A model generated the notes under the pieces. The model saw only the letters and a list, made by a program, of their open reading frames with translations. It made no database searches and had not been told where the DNA came from. A DNA stretch of 58,920 bases from a bacterium (GTDB taxonomy: Bacteria; Patescibacteriota; Minisyncoccia; UBA6257; 2-01-FULL-56-20): the NCBI GenBank assembly GCA_027310625.1, contig DAIDAM010000014.1, positions 1 through 58,920 on the forward strand, in the 5' to 3' direction. Position 1 is the first letter of the stretch. Each line of letters starts with the position of its first letter. Shown in pieces: positions 47,065 through 55,765 of the stretch. Made by a program: the position numbers and the translations under genes.

Positions 47065-48993
47065 ATGGCAAAAATTTTAGGCATAGATCTCGGTACGACC
47101 AACTCCGCGATGGCGATTGTTGAGGGGGGCGAGCCGCGCATTCTTGAAAATGCAGAGGGGGCAAGAACGACTCCCTCCGTTGCCGCGATAAGCAAAGCTG
47201 GCGAACGCCTTGTCGGGCTTCTCGCCAAAAGACAGGCGATAACGAATCCCAAAAACACAATCTTTTCCGTGAAGCGTTTGATAGGCAGGAAGTTCGCCGA
47301 CGCCGAAGTGCAGCGCGACAAGGCCTGGCTGCCTTACGACCTTCAGGGAAGCGCGGCCGGCGGCGTGGAAGTGAAAATGTCCGCCCCTGCGGGGCGAGAT
47401 CTCGCCCCCGGAGGGGGCGGAGGCGATAAATGGTACTCGCCGGAGGAAATTTCTTCTTTCATTTTGGCGAAACTCAAAGCCGACGCCGAGGCGAAACTCG
47501 GAGAAAAAATAGAGGAAGTGGTGATTACTGTTCCGGCTTATTTCGACGACTCCCAAAGGCAGGCAACCAAAAACGCGGGCGAAATCGCCGGCTTGAAAGT
47601 GCGCCGGATTATCAACGAACCGACGGCGGCGGCGCTCGCTTACGGTTTGAACAAGCAAAAGAACGAAAAAATAGTCGTTTACGACTTCGGCGGCGGAACT
47701 TTCGACGTTTCCGTTCTGGAAGTCGGCGACGACACTGTTGAAGCGCGCGCCACGGGCGGCGACACGCATCTCGGCGGCGACGACTTTGATAAAAGAATCA
47801 ACGAGTACCTTGTCGCCGAATACAAAAAACAGGAAGGAATAGACATTTTCAAAGACCCGCTTGCGCTCCAGCGTTTGAAAGAAGGAGTGGAACGCGCGAA
47901 ACATGAACTTTCAACGGTTGCCGAAACGGAGGTGAATCTTCCTTATATCACTTCCGATGCTTCCGGTCCGAAACATTTTTTGCTCAAACTTTCGCGCGCG
48001 AAGCTGGAATCGCTCGTTCAGGACTACATTGACCAGTCGATAAAACTGACGGAAGAGACGGTGAAAAGCGCCGGCTTCCAACTTTCTGAAATCAACGAAG
48101 TGATTCTCGTCGGCGGACAAACGAGAATGCCGGCGATGCAGGAAGCGGTCAAGAAACTTTTCGGCAAGGAACCGCACAAAGGAATCAATCCCGACGAAGT
48201 CGTGGCGCTCGGCGCCGCGGTGCAGGCGGGAATTTTGCAGGGGGATGTAAAAGACATCCTTCTTCTTGATGTAACTCCTCTCACTTTGAGCATAGAGACG
48301 CTTGGCTCCATTGCGACGCCGATGATTGTGAAGAATACGACTATCCCCACGTCAAAGACGCAGGTTTTTTCAACTGCAGCCGATAATCAGACCTCCGTTG
48401 AAATTCATGTTCTCCAAGGCGAGCGTCCGATGGCGGCGGACAATAAAACCCTCGCGCGTTTCGTTTTGGACGGCATTCCGCCTTCGCCGCGCGGATTGCC
48501 GCAGATTGAAGTTATGTTCGACATTGACGCGAACGGAATACTGAACGTTTCGGCGAAAGACAAAGCGACGGGAAAATCGCAGTCGGTGAGAATCGAGGCC
48601 TCCACCAGTTTGTCGAAAGACGAAGTTGAGAAATTGAAGAACGAGGCGGCGAAGTACGCTTCGGAAGACCAGAATAAACGCGACCTCGCCGAAGCAAGAA
48701 ATCAGGCGGAAGCCCTGATTTACACGGCCGAAAAAGCCGTCAAAGACCTGTCCGCGCCCACTAGCGCAGGCGGGCAGGCGGGCGCCGGCGACAAACTAGC
48801 TGCCGACGCAAGGTCCGCAATAACGGCAAAAATAGACGCTCTTAAAAAATTGCTTCAGGAAAACAGAGATGCTGACGCAATAAAATCGGGCATCGCCGAG
48901 CTTTCGGCGGAAATTCAGAAAATAGGGCAGAGCGCCTACAGCCCTCAGGACGAGGGAGAAAATAATCCGGAGACAGATAATCAAGCTAAATAA
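47065..48993 (+). CDS. dnaK: molecular chaperone DnaK
   Basis: [33 protein letters not shown] and the substrate-binding domain. It contains a 45-bp palindromic insert. Confidence 0.97.
   Translation: MAKILGIDLGTTNSAMAIVEGGEPRILENAEGARTTPSVAAISKAGERLVGLLAKRQAITNPKNTIFSVKRLIGRKFADAEVQRDKAWLPYDLQGSAAGGVEVKMSAPAGRDLAPGGGGGDKWYSPEEISSFILAKLKADAEAKLGEKIEEVVITVPAYFDDSQRQATKNAGEIAGLKVRRIINEPTAAALAYGLNKQKNEKIVVYDFGGGTFDVSVLEVGDDTVEARATGGDTHLGGDDFDKRINEYLVAEYKKQEGIDIFKDPLALQRLKEGVERAKHELSTVAETEVNLPYITSDASGPKHFLLKLSRAKLESLVQDYIDQSIKLTEETVKSAGFQLSEINEVILVGGQTRMPAMQEAVKKLFGKEPHKGINPDEVVALGAAVQAGILQGDVKDILLLDVTPLTLSIETLGSIATPMIVKNTTIPTSKTQVFSTAADNQTSVEIHVLQGERPMAADNKTLARFVLDGIPPSPRGLPQIEVMFDIDANGILNVSAKDKATGKSQSVRIEASTSLSKDEVEKLKNEAAKYASEDQNKRDLAEARNQAEALIYTAEKAVKDLSAPTSAGGQAGAGDKLAADARSAITAKIDALKKLLQENRDADAIKSGIAELSAEIQKIGQSAYSPQDEGENNPETDNQAK
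47380..47424. repeat. 45-bp TCCGCC..AGATCT..GGCGGAGGC insert in dnaK
   Basis: Sequence is tccgcccctgcggggcgagatctcgcccccggagggggcggaggc, read as [15 protein letters not shown]. Confidence 0.75.
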
Positions 48994-49023
48994 TTCGGGA
49001 AGAGGAGTGCTATAATAAAGCGG

Positions 49024-50034
49024 ATGTTAACGGAGTTGGAGAAAACGATAAGAGGGAAGCAAAATTTTCTTGAACAGGTTTCCGCCGGAAGAATAGCAGA
49101 GCCGAAAGGTTTTTATAAAACAATAGGTCTTGATTTTCTAACTGTCGCTTCGGCGGTTTACTTCAGTTATGCCCTCAGTATTTTTTTGAAAACCGGCGCG
49201 GTGACCGGACTCGCGGCAGCCGTATTTCCGTTTCTTATTTTTTCCGCTCTTGAGGTGATTATGATAAAAAACATTATCCGTCGCTTGTCGATTTTACTGA
49301 TTGAAACGTTGGCTATCCTTCTGTTTTTTTACGGCGACCAGTTAAAGTATGTCATCCTTGCCGGCGCTGTTTTTTTTGCGCTTTCATTTTGGGGGGAAAT
49401 CGCAAGCAGAACGGAGATGCTGCATTCAACGGAGATAAAATTTTTGAGATTGACCCTGCCTCTTTTGAAAAAAACTATAACCGCCCTGATACTTTTTGTG
49501 ATAATTCTTTTCTTGCCGCGCTGGAACGATAAAAACGTTTTCATTTCGGAACGCTCTTTCGGAGGAGTTTTCATCTGGTCGGCGGGCATTGCAAACAACT
49601 TTTATCCGGAATTCAACTTCGACTCCACCATTGACGACTTTGCGTCGTCAATAGCGAAATATCAGCTGCGGGGCACGCGTCCTTACGAAGACCTACCGGT
49701 GGCGGCGCAAAAAACCCTTATGGCTCAGGTTATCCCTCAAGTAAGCGACCAGATAAAAAGAATTCTTGGCGGAGAGCTGACGGGAAACGAAAGATTGGGA
49801 GACGCTTTATACAAAGTGATTCTTGCTTCCCTGAATGATTGGAAAGAAAGGTTCGGGATATGGTTTACGGTCGCATGGGTTGCCGTCGTGTTTCTTGTTG
49901 CAAGAACAATAGGCGCGGTGATTCTCTGGATATCGGCGTTTCTTTCGTGGTTGATTTACGAACTTCTTGTTGCGATAAACTTCATCGCCATTCGCGGCGA
50001 GGCGGTTACGAAAGAAGTCATCGTCTTTCCCTGA
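49024..50034 (+). CDS. multi-pass membrane protein, unknown function
   Basis: A 336-aa ORF with about 7 hydrophobic segments. Confidence 0.5.
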   Translation: MLTELEKTIRGKQNFLEQVSAGRIAEPKGFYKTIGLDFLTVASAVYFSYALSIFLKTGAVTGLAAAVFPFLIFSALEVIMIKNIIRRLSILLIETLAILLFFYGDQLKYVILAGAVFFALSFWGEIASRTEMLHSTEIKFLRLTLPLLKKTITALILFVIILFLPRWNDKNVFISERSFGGVFIWSAGIANNFYPEFNFDSTIDDFASSIAKYQLRGTRPYEDLPVAAQKTLMAQVIPQVSDQIKRILGGELTGNERLGDALYKVILASLNDWKERFGIWFTVAWVAVVFLVARTIGAVILWISAFLSWLIYELLVAINFIAIRGEAVTKEVIVFP

Positions 50035-50218
50035 CGCGGCACAGAGGTTTCTCTGAAGAAAACCGAAAAATTTATTTCCAAAACACCGATTCGCATCCCA
50101 CGAAAGATTATCGGAGGTCGGTTGTGGACGTTTATCTGAAATCCAAAAAATGAAAATTTTTGTTATACTATATTCGTAATTCATAATTCTTTATTCATGA
50201 TTCTTAAACCCAAATCAA

Positions 50219-51238
50219 ATGTTTGACGTCATCACAATAGGGAAGGCGACAAGAGACGCTTTTTTCGAAGGGGATTTTCCATTCGTCCGCTGGCCGAAAG
50301 CGGAATCGGGCAAAGCCTACGCCTTTCCCTTTGGAGAAAAATTGGAAGTGAAAAAAGTGTATTTCACCATCGGCGGCAACGCCGCCAACGCCTCGGTGAC
50401 CTTCGCAAAACAAGGATTTGAAACTGCCTGCGTCACAAAAACGGGAGCCGATGTGTCAGGCGAAGAAATAAAACGCCGCCTCAAAAAGGAAGGCGTGGGA
50501 ACAAGATTCATAACGAGCGACCGGAATTTACCGACGGCTTATTCTGTTTTGCTGCTGGAGAAAGGCGAAAGAACGATTTTGAACTATGCCGGCGCGTCCG
50601 GCTCGCTTTCCGCGGGAGATTTCGACATGAAAAAAATAAAGGCGAAGTGGTGGTATGTTTCTCTGCCCGGAGATTTCGGACTGTTCCCCCGAATTGTAAA
50701 TTTCGCGTCCAAAAACGGGATTGCGCTCGCTTTCAATCCCAGCGGCCATCATTTGAAACAAAGGAAAAACGAAATTTTATCCCTGCTCGACAAATTGTCT
50801 TTCGTGGTCATGAACGAAGAAGAAGCATCGCTTTTAACCGGCGTAAGCTTCAGAAAGAAAAACGCCGTTTTTGAAAAATTGTCCCGCCGCGCTTCGGGAA
50901 TCGTTGCGATAACGGACGGAAAAAAGGGCGCGACGGTTTCGTGCGGCAATTTCGTTTATAAAGCGGGGGTTTTCAAGGAAAAGAATCTGATTGACAGAAC
51001 GGGCGCCGGCGACGCTTTCGGCTCGGGTTTCGTGTCGGGTTTGCTCAGCCGCGGCATAACTGCGAAAAATGTCGCTTCCGCAAAACCTTTCGATATCGAA
51101 TACGCCTTGCGTCTTGCGACCGCGAACGCGACATCAGTCGTCGAAAAAATCGGCGCTACCGAGGGAATTTTAAAAAGGAGCGAGTTTGAAAGAAACAAAC
51201 GCTGGCGAAATTTTAAAATAGCGATACACAAAGCATAA
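50219..51238 (+). CDS. PfkB-family carbohydrate kinase
   Basis: An N-terminal GG motif region and a C-terminal DRTGAGDAFGSGF (the ribokinase/PfkB signature). Confidence 0.8.
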   Translation: MFDVITIGKATRDAFFEGDFPFVRWPKAESGKAYAFPFGEKLEVKKVYFTIGGNAANASVTFAKQGFETACVTKTGADVSGEEIKRRLKKEGVGTRFITSDRNLPTAYSVLLLEKGERTILNYAGASGSLSAGDFDMKKIKAKWWYVSLPGDFGLFPRIVNFASKNGIALAFNPSGHHLKQRKNEILSLLDKLSFVVMNEEEASLLTGVSFRKKNAVFEKLSRRASGIVAITDGKKGATVSCGNFVYKAGVFKEKNLIDRTGAGDAFGSGFVSGLLSRGITAKNVASAKPFDIEYALRLATANATSVVEKIGATEGILKRSEFERNKRWRNFKIAIHKA

Positions 51239-51240
51239 AA

Positions 51241-52482
51241 ATGGAAAAAATCGCAAAAATTTTGCGCGCCGACAAACGCCATCTCGCCGAACTGGAAAAA
51301 AGAATGGCCGAAGTGACGGGCAAAAAGGGCGTTTTTGAAAAAATAGACCAGGGAAATAAATCGCTGATGGAAGATCGGCTGCTGACGCTCGGCGTTTCGC
51401 GCGAAGCGGACGCAAAGGAAATATACGACGCGCTCATTTCAAAAATAGAGGCCGACGACCACCGTGTCTCGGAAATTCTCGGAGGGCCGGTGTGTCACAG
51501 CAGAGAGGACTGCGATAAAGTCGCTTCCACCGCGCTGCGTTTAGCCGGAAATCCCAAAGGATTTTTCATCAAACACGAAAAAGCGAGAGAATTTCTTTTG
51601 AAAGAACCGCCGGCGAACACGATGAAATTTCTCGGGTATGACTCCGCTGAAAAAATGCTGGCATCGGAGAATTTGACGGAAATATACGCAAGTTTGCGGT
51701 TCATAGAAGGAAACGAATGGCTCAATTCCAAATTTTTCAAACAATACGAAACGCTGAAGCCCGGAGATTTCGAGGAACGCGAGGTAAGGGTGATTGCCCT
51801 TGACTACAAATGGGCAAAAACCGCGGGTCAGTTTGTTGTAAAGAAAAAACACAACATCAGTCATCTCAAAGAACTGGGAATTGTTTTCATAATACCGGTG
51901 ACGCTCGGGATATCCGGCGAAATTCTCCGCATGTTCGCGCTGATAATGCATTATTTGAATGAAATTCCTTTTTATTCCGACATTGCGAGAAAAATGTCCG
52001 GCGAGAAAAATTTCTCAGAGAAATACATCTCGCTTCTGCGGGGAGACGTTTCGGAAAAAGAGCCGGAAAAGAACGAAAAGGTCTCATGGCTTGTGGTTCA
52101 AAGATATCTTGCAAAGGATGATGAAAACGACTGGCGCTTGTTTTATCCGCATATAAACCCTGAGGCGATACACTGGGAAAAAGCGGAGAAAAGTTTATCG
52201 CTGCTGGGGGCGGGCAAAGACAGCTTCGAAAAGGAGCTTTCTTTCTGGAACGGGTTGAATTGGGTGGGAGATTACTTCCGCGACGAAAGCGGCGTGCCCG
52301 TGCTCGTGAGCTTCGACCTGGTTGACACGGTGATGTCGCTCGTGAAAGAAAAAGAAATGGTAAAATATCTCTATCATCATCAGGAAGCGCTTTGGAACAA
52401 AATTTTCTCGGAATACATGGGTGAGGAAAATCTTGAAAAATACGCGCGCGATTATTTGCTGAAGGGATATTTTGAAGTATAG
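51241..52482 (+). CDS. hypothetical 413-aa protein between pfkB-like kinase and fba
   Basis: Starts 2 nt after the kinase stop. It has long, uninterrupted coding potential, but I could not recognise any motif. Confidence 0.5.
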   Translation: MEKIAKILRADKRHLAELEKRMAEVTGKKGVFEKIDQGNKSLMEDRLLTLGVSREADAKEIYDALISKIEADDHRVSEILGGPVCHSREDCDKVASTALRLAGNPKGFFIKHEKAREFLLKEPPANTMKFLGYDSAEKMLASENLTEIYASLRFIEGNEWLNSKFFKQYETLKPGDFEEREVRVIALDYKWAKTAGQFVVKKKHNISHLKELGIVFIIPVTLGISGEILRMFALIMHYLNEIPFYSDIARKMSGEKNFSEKYISLLRGDVSEKEPEKNEKVSWLVVQRYLAKDDENDWRLFYPHINPEAIHWEKAEKSLSLLGAGKDSFEKELSFWNGLNWVGDYFRDESGVPVLVSFDLVDTVMSLVKEKEMVKYLYHHQEALWNKIFSEYMGEENLEKYARDYLLKGYFEV

Positions 52483-52524
52483 CATCCGAATAGCGCACTA
52501 CGAATGCGCCCATCCGAACGAATC

Positions 52525-53427
52525 ATGAAAACATTAAGAGAAATTATTAAAGAAGCTGATGCCAAGAAAATTGCCGTCGGGCATTTCAATATTTCCGACT
52601 TGGCGGCGCTGAAGACGATTTTCGAGACCGCTCATGAAGCCAACACGCCTGTCATCATCGGCACTTCGGAGGGCGAGCGGGAGTTCGTCGGCCCGAAGCA
52701 GGCGGCGGCGCTGGTGAAAAGCTTGCGCGCCGCTCCTCCGGGGAGCGAGCCACGCCCTAATGGGCGGGAAGAATACCCCATTTTTTTGAACGCCGACCAC
52801 ACGCGCTCGTTTGAAAAGGTCAAAGAGGCGCTCGAGGCCGGCTATGACGCTATTCTCTTCGATGGAAGCAAACTGCCGTTGGAAGAAAACATCAAGCAGA
52901 CAAAAGAAGTTGTTGATTATGTGAAGTCGGTGCGACCGAAAATTTTGGTCGAAGGCGAAATCGGTTACATCGGTTCGTCTTCGGAAATTTTGAAAGAAAT
53001 TCCCGCAGGCGCGGCGCTCAAACCGGAAGAGTTGACTACGCCCGAAGAAGCAAAAGAATTTGTCGAAAAAACCGGCGTTGATTTGCTGGCGCCGGCAGTA
53101 GGCAACATTCACGGCATCGTCGTCCAGCCGGGATTCAAAGAAAAACTCGACATCGATAGAATCAAAGCGATAAAAAAAGCGGTCGCTGTTCCACTTGTGC
53201 TTCACGGCGGTTCGGGATTAAGCGATGACGATTTCCGTGCCGCGATAAAAGCCGGTATAAGCATTATTCACATCAACACCGAAATACGCCAGGCCTGGCG
53301 CCACGGAGTGGAAGAGGGCTTGAAAAAAAATCCCGACGAAATCGCGCCTTACAAAATTTATGTTCAAGCAATGGAGGAAATGAAAAAAGTGATTGCAAAA
53401 AAAATTGCCATTTTCGGCGGCCGCTGA
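52525..53427 (+). CDS. fba: class II fructose/tagatose-bisphosphate aldolase
   Basis: AVGHFNISD, LNADHTRS, GEIGYIGS, VGNIHG and LVLHGGSG, which are class II aldolase metal-site motifs. Confidence 0.85.
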   Translation: MKTLREIIKEADAKKIAVGHFNISDLAALKTIFETAHEANTPVIIGTSEGEREFVGPKQAAALVKSLRAAPPGSEPRPNGREEYPIFLNADHTRSFEKVKEALEAGYDAILFDGSKLPLEENIKQTKEVVDYVKSVRPKILVEGEIGYIGSSSEILKEIPAGAALKPEELTTPEEAKEFVEKTGVDLLAPAVGNIHGIVVQPGFKEKLDIDRIKAIKKAVAVPLVLHGGSGLSDDDFRAAIKAGISIIHINTEIRQAWRHGVEEGLKKNPDEIAPYKIYVQAMEEMKKVIAKKIAIFGGR

Positions 53428-53471
53428 AAACTTCTTGCCTAAGCTTTTGCGCCACCGTATAATAGGGTTGC

Positions 53472-54650
53472 ATGGGTAAAGATTACTACAAAATTCTCGG
53501 CATTGATAAAAGCGCTTCCGATGAAGAAGTAAAAAAAGCCTACCGTCGACTGGCGCATAAATACCATCCCGATAAAGCGGGCGGCAACGAAAGCAAATTC
53601 AAGGAAATAAACGAAGCGTATCAGGTGCTTTCGGACAAATCCAGGCGCGCGAATTACGACCGCTTCGGCGCGGCGGAGCCGTTCTCCGGATTCGGCGGAA
53701 AAAATCCTTTCGAGGGGTTTTCGGTTGATTTCGGGGGTTTTGGAAGCGGTTTCTCCGCCGGAGGCGGACCAGCCTCGGGCTGGGGCGGCGGGCCGGGATT
53801 CAATCAAGATTTTTCTTTTTACAACGCCAGCGACGTGAGCGACATGTTTGAAAACTTTTTTGAAGAACTCGGCGTAAAACCGCGAAGGCGAACCTACGAG
53901 CGCGGCTCCGACATAGAGGTTATTCAGGAAATAACTCTTGAAGAGGCGTTTCGCGGAACGATGCGCGACGTAAGAGTAAATCTTTTTGTCACGTGCAGCG
54001 AATGCAAGGGCAGAGGCGGCGATTTATCCGCCGGAATGAAGACATGCGAAACATGTTCGGGGAAGGGCGAAATACGCGAGAAAAGGCAGACGTTTTTCGG
54101 CAGCTTTTCGCAAATAAAAACCTGTGACAGATGCCGCGGTTCGGGAAAAATACCGAACAAAATTTGCAGAGCGTGCAGCGGCAGCGGAAGAATGCGCGGC
54201 GAAAGAAACGTCAGGATCGAAATTTTGCCCGGCGTCCAGGACAACCAAATAATAAAAGTTAAAGGAGCAGGAGAGGCGGGCGAACTCGGGACGCCCGCGG
54301 GAGATCTTTATGTGCGGTTGAAAATAGCGCCCCACTCCGTTTTTGAACGAAGAGGCGACGACCTTGTTGTAAGGAAAGAATTGAAGATAGTTGACCTTCT
54401 TCTCGGAAAGAAAATTGAAGTGCCGACGATAAGCGGCGGAAAAATTTCGGTTGAAATACCGGCTCACTTCAATTTAAGAGATGATTTGCGGATACCAGGA
54501 GAAGGAATGCCGCACCTCTCCGCCGGAGGCGGATCCGCCTTTGGCGGAGGCAACAGAGGGAACTTGCTCGTGAATTTCGTTATCAAGGCCCCGAAAAAAT
54601 TAAGCCACAAAGCGAAAAAACTTCTTGAAGAATTGGAGAAGGAAGAGTAG
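53472..54650 (+). CDS. dnaJ: molecular chaperone DnaJ
   Basis: J domain (DYYKILGI...HPDK), a G/F region, and four CxxCxGxG zinc motifs. It contains a 33-bp palindromic insert near the C-terminus. Confidence 0.95.
   Translation: MGKDYYKILGIDKSASDEEVKKAYRRLAHKYHPDKAGGNESKFKEINEAYQVLSDKSRRANYDRFGAAEPFSGFGGKNPFEGFSVDFGGFGSGFSAGGGPASGWGGGPGFNQDFSFYNASDVSDMFENFFEELGVKPRRRTYERGSDIEVIQEITLEEAFRGTMRDVRVNLFVTCSECKGRGGDLSAGMKTCETCSGKGEIREKRQTFFGSFSQIKTCDRCRGSGKIPNKICRACSGSGRMRGERNVRIEILPGVQDNQIIKVKGAGEAGELGTPAGDLYVRLKIAPHSVFERRGDDLVVRKELKIVDLLLGKKIEVPTISGGKISVEIPAHFNLRDDLRIPGEGMPHLSAGGGSAFGGGNRGNLLVNFVIKAPKKLSHKAKKLLEELEKEE
54519..54551. repeat. 33-bp TCCGCC..GGATCC..GGCGGAGGC insert in dnaJ
   Basis: Sequence is tccgccggaggcggatccgcctttggcggaggc, read as SAGGGSAFGGG. 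Confidence 0.75.
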
Positions 54651-54676
54651 AATTGGTTCGCTATTCCGCACAGATT

Positions 54677-54699
54677 GCGCCCATAGCTCAATTGGTAGA
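54677..54699 (+). pseudogene. tRNA 5' fragment (acceptor plus D arm only), degenerate duplicate
   Basis: Sequence gcgcccatagctcaattggtaga is identical to 54799-54821. It is followed by unrelated hairpins. Confidence 0.5.
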
Positions 54700-54798
54700 C
54701 CTGCCCACCGTAGCTTTAGCGAAGGAAGGGCAGCCCCCTTTATAAAATTTTAATCACGATTAAAATTTTATCAGTCGGTTCGCTCGCCGAAAATAAAT

Positions 54799-55064
54799 GC
54801 GCCCATAGCTCAATTGGTAGAGCAGCTCCCTTTAGCAATCGTAGATTGCTCAATTGGTTCGTTCGGCTAAAATAAATGTACCAGTAATGCCCCGTTAGCT
54901 CAGTTGGTAGAGCAGCTCCCTTTTAAGGAGAAGGTCGCAGGTTCGAGACCTGCACGGGGTACATTTATTTTACTCCTCACTTTACAATTGTAAGGAGAAG
55001 GTTCCAGGCCTGCTCCGTATAATTGCGAAGCAATTTGTTCGGGGTTCGAGACCTGGTGGGCGCA
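54799..55064 (+). other. disrupted/split tRNA-Lys-like gene in three pieces: 54799-54833, 54991-55008 and 55045-55064
   Basis: Joined together, the three pieces give a perfect cloverleaf: GCGCCCA TA GCTC AATTGGTA GAGC A GCTCC CTTTTAA GGAGA AGGTT CCAGG TTCGAGA CCTGG TGGGCGC A. Confidence 0.5.
54889..54961 (+). tRNA. tRNA-Lys (anticodon TTT)
   Basis: Acceptor stem gccccgt/acggggt, D arm gctcagttggtagagc, anticodon arm gctcc-ctTTTaa-ggaga, and T arm gcagg-ttcgaga-cctgc. Total length is 73 nt. Confidence 0.88.
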
Positions 55065-55092
55065 CACACTTTATAGTTGGTAAAATTTCATC

Positions 55093-55758
55093 ATGGTACG
55101 AGGCGACATTTTGCTTATCTTGGATCCAAGGGTTCTCGCCGTTCCCGTCGAAGACAACGGAGATTTACTGGTCGACCTGAGAGATTTAAAAGAACTGTTG
55201 GTTGATAACAGAAAGAGCAAGGCCTCCAATTCTTTTTCTTACATACGCCAATCCGTCGCATCGAAACTTCTCGAAGCTCAGCGAGCATTGCCAAAGAACA
55301 TGCGCTTGCTAATCATCGAGGGGCACCGGTCGCTTTCCCTGCAAAAACAGTATTTCGACGATTACTCTGATGAACTTAAGAAATTACATTCGGAGTGGTC
55401 GGCTGAAAAAATATATCAAGAAGCAAGTAAGTATGTCGCTTCTCCGGCTATCAATCCGCCCCACTCTACGGGAGGCGCTGTTGATTTGACTCTTGTTGAT
55501 GAAACCGGAAAAGAATTGGATATGGGGACTCGGGTTAACGCCGACCCGGAGGAAAGTCGGAACGCCTGTTTCACTTACGCGGAAAATATTTCGGAAAATG
55601 CGAAAAAAAATCGTAAGATTCTAAATGTCATTATGTCCCGGAACGGATTCGTTAATTATCCAACCGAATGGTGGCACTGGTCCTATGGCGACAGGTATTG
55701 GGCATACAATCAAAATAAGTCGCACGCGATCTTTGACTCGGTGGAAACGCCGCAATAA
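55093..55758 (+). CDS. ddpX: D-alanyl-D-alanine dipeptidase (VanX/DdpX, peptidase M15D)
   Basis: EGHRS, SPHSTGGAVDL (the SxHxxGxAxD motif) and EWWHWSYGD. Confidence 0.85.
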   Translation: MVRGDILLILDPRVLAVPVEDNGDLLVDLRDLKELLVDNRKSKASNSFSYIRQSVASKLLEAQRALPKNMRLLIIEGHRSLSLQKQYFDDYSDELKKLHSEWSAEKIYQEASKYVASPAINPPHSTGGAVDLTLVDETGKELDMGTRVNADPEESRNACFTYAENISENAKKNRKILNVIMSRNGFVNYPTEWWHWSYGDRYWAYNQNKSHAIFDSVETPQ

Positions 55759-55765
55759 TAACTCC

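Noticed and set aside
54799-54990. A group I or archaeal-type tRNA intron in the split tRNA-Lys.
   Set aside because: At 157 nt the intervening sequence is too short, and I could not identify the conserved P/Q/R/S elements of a group I intron. No clear bulge-helix-bulge can be drawn at the junctions, and the insert contains a whole tRNA. I left it as an open observation rather than calling it an intron.
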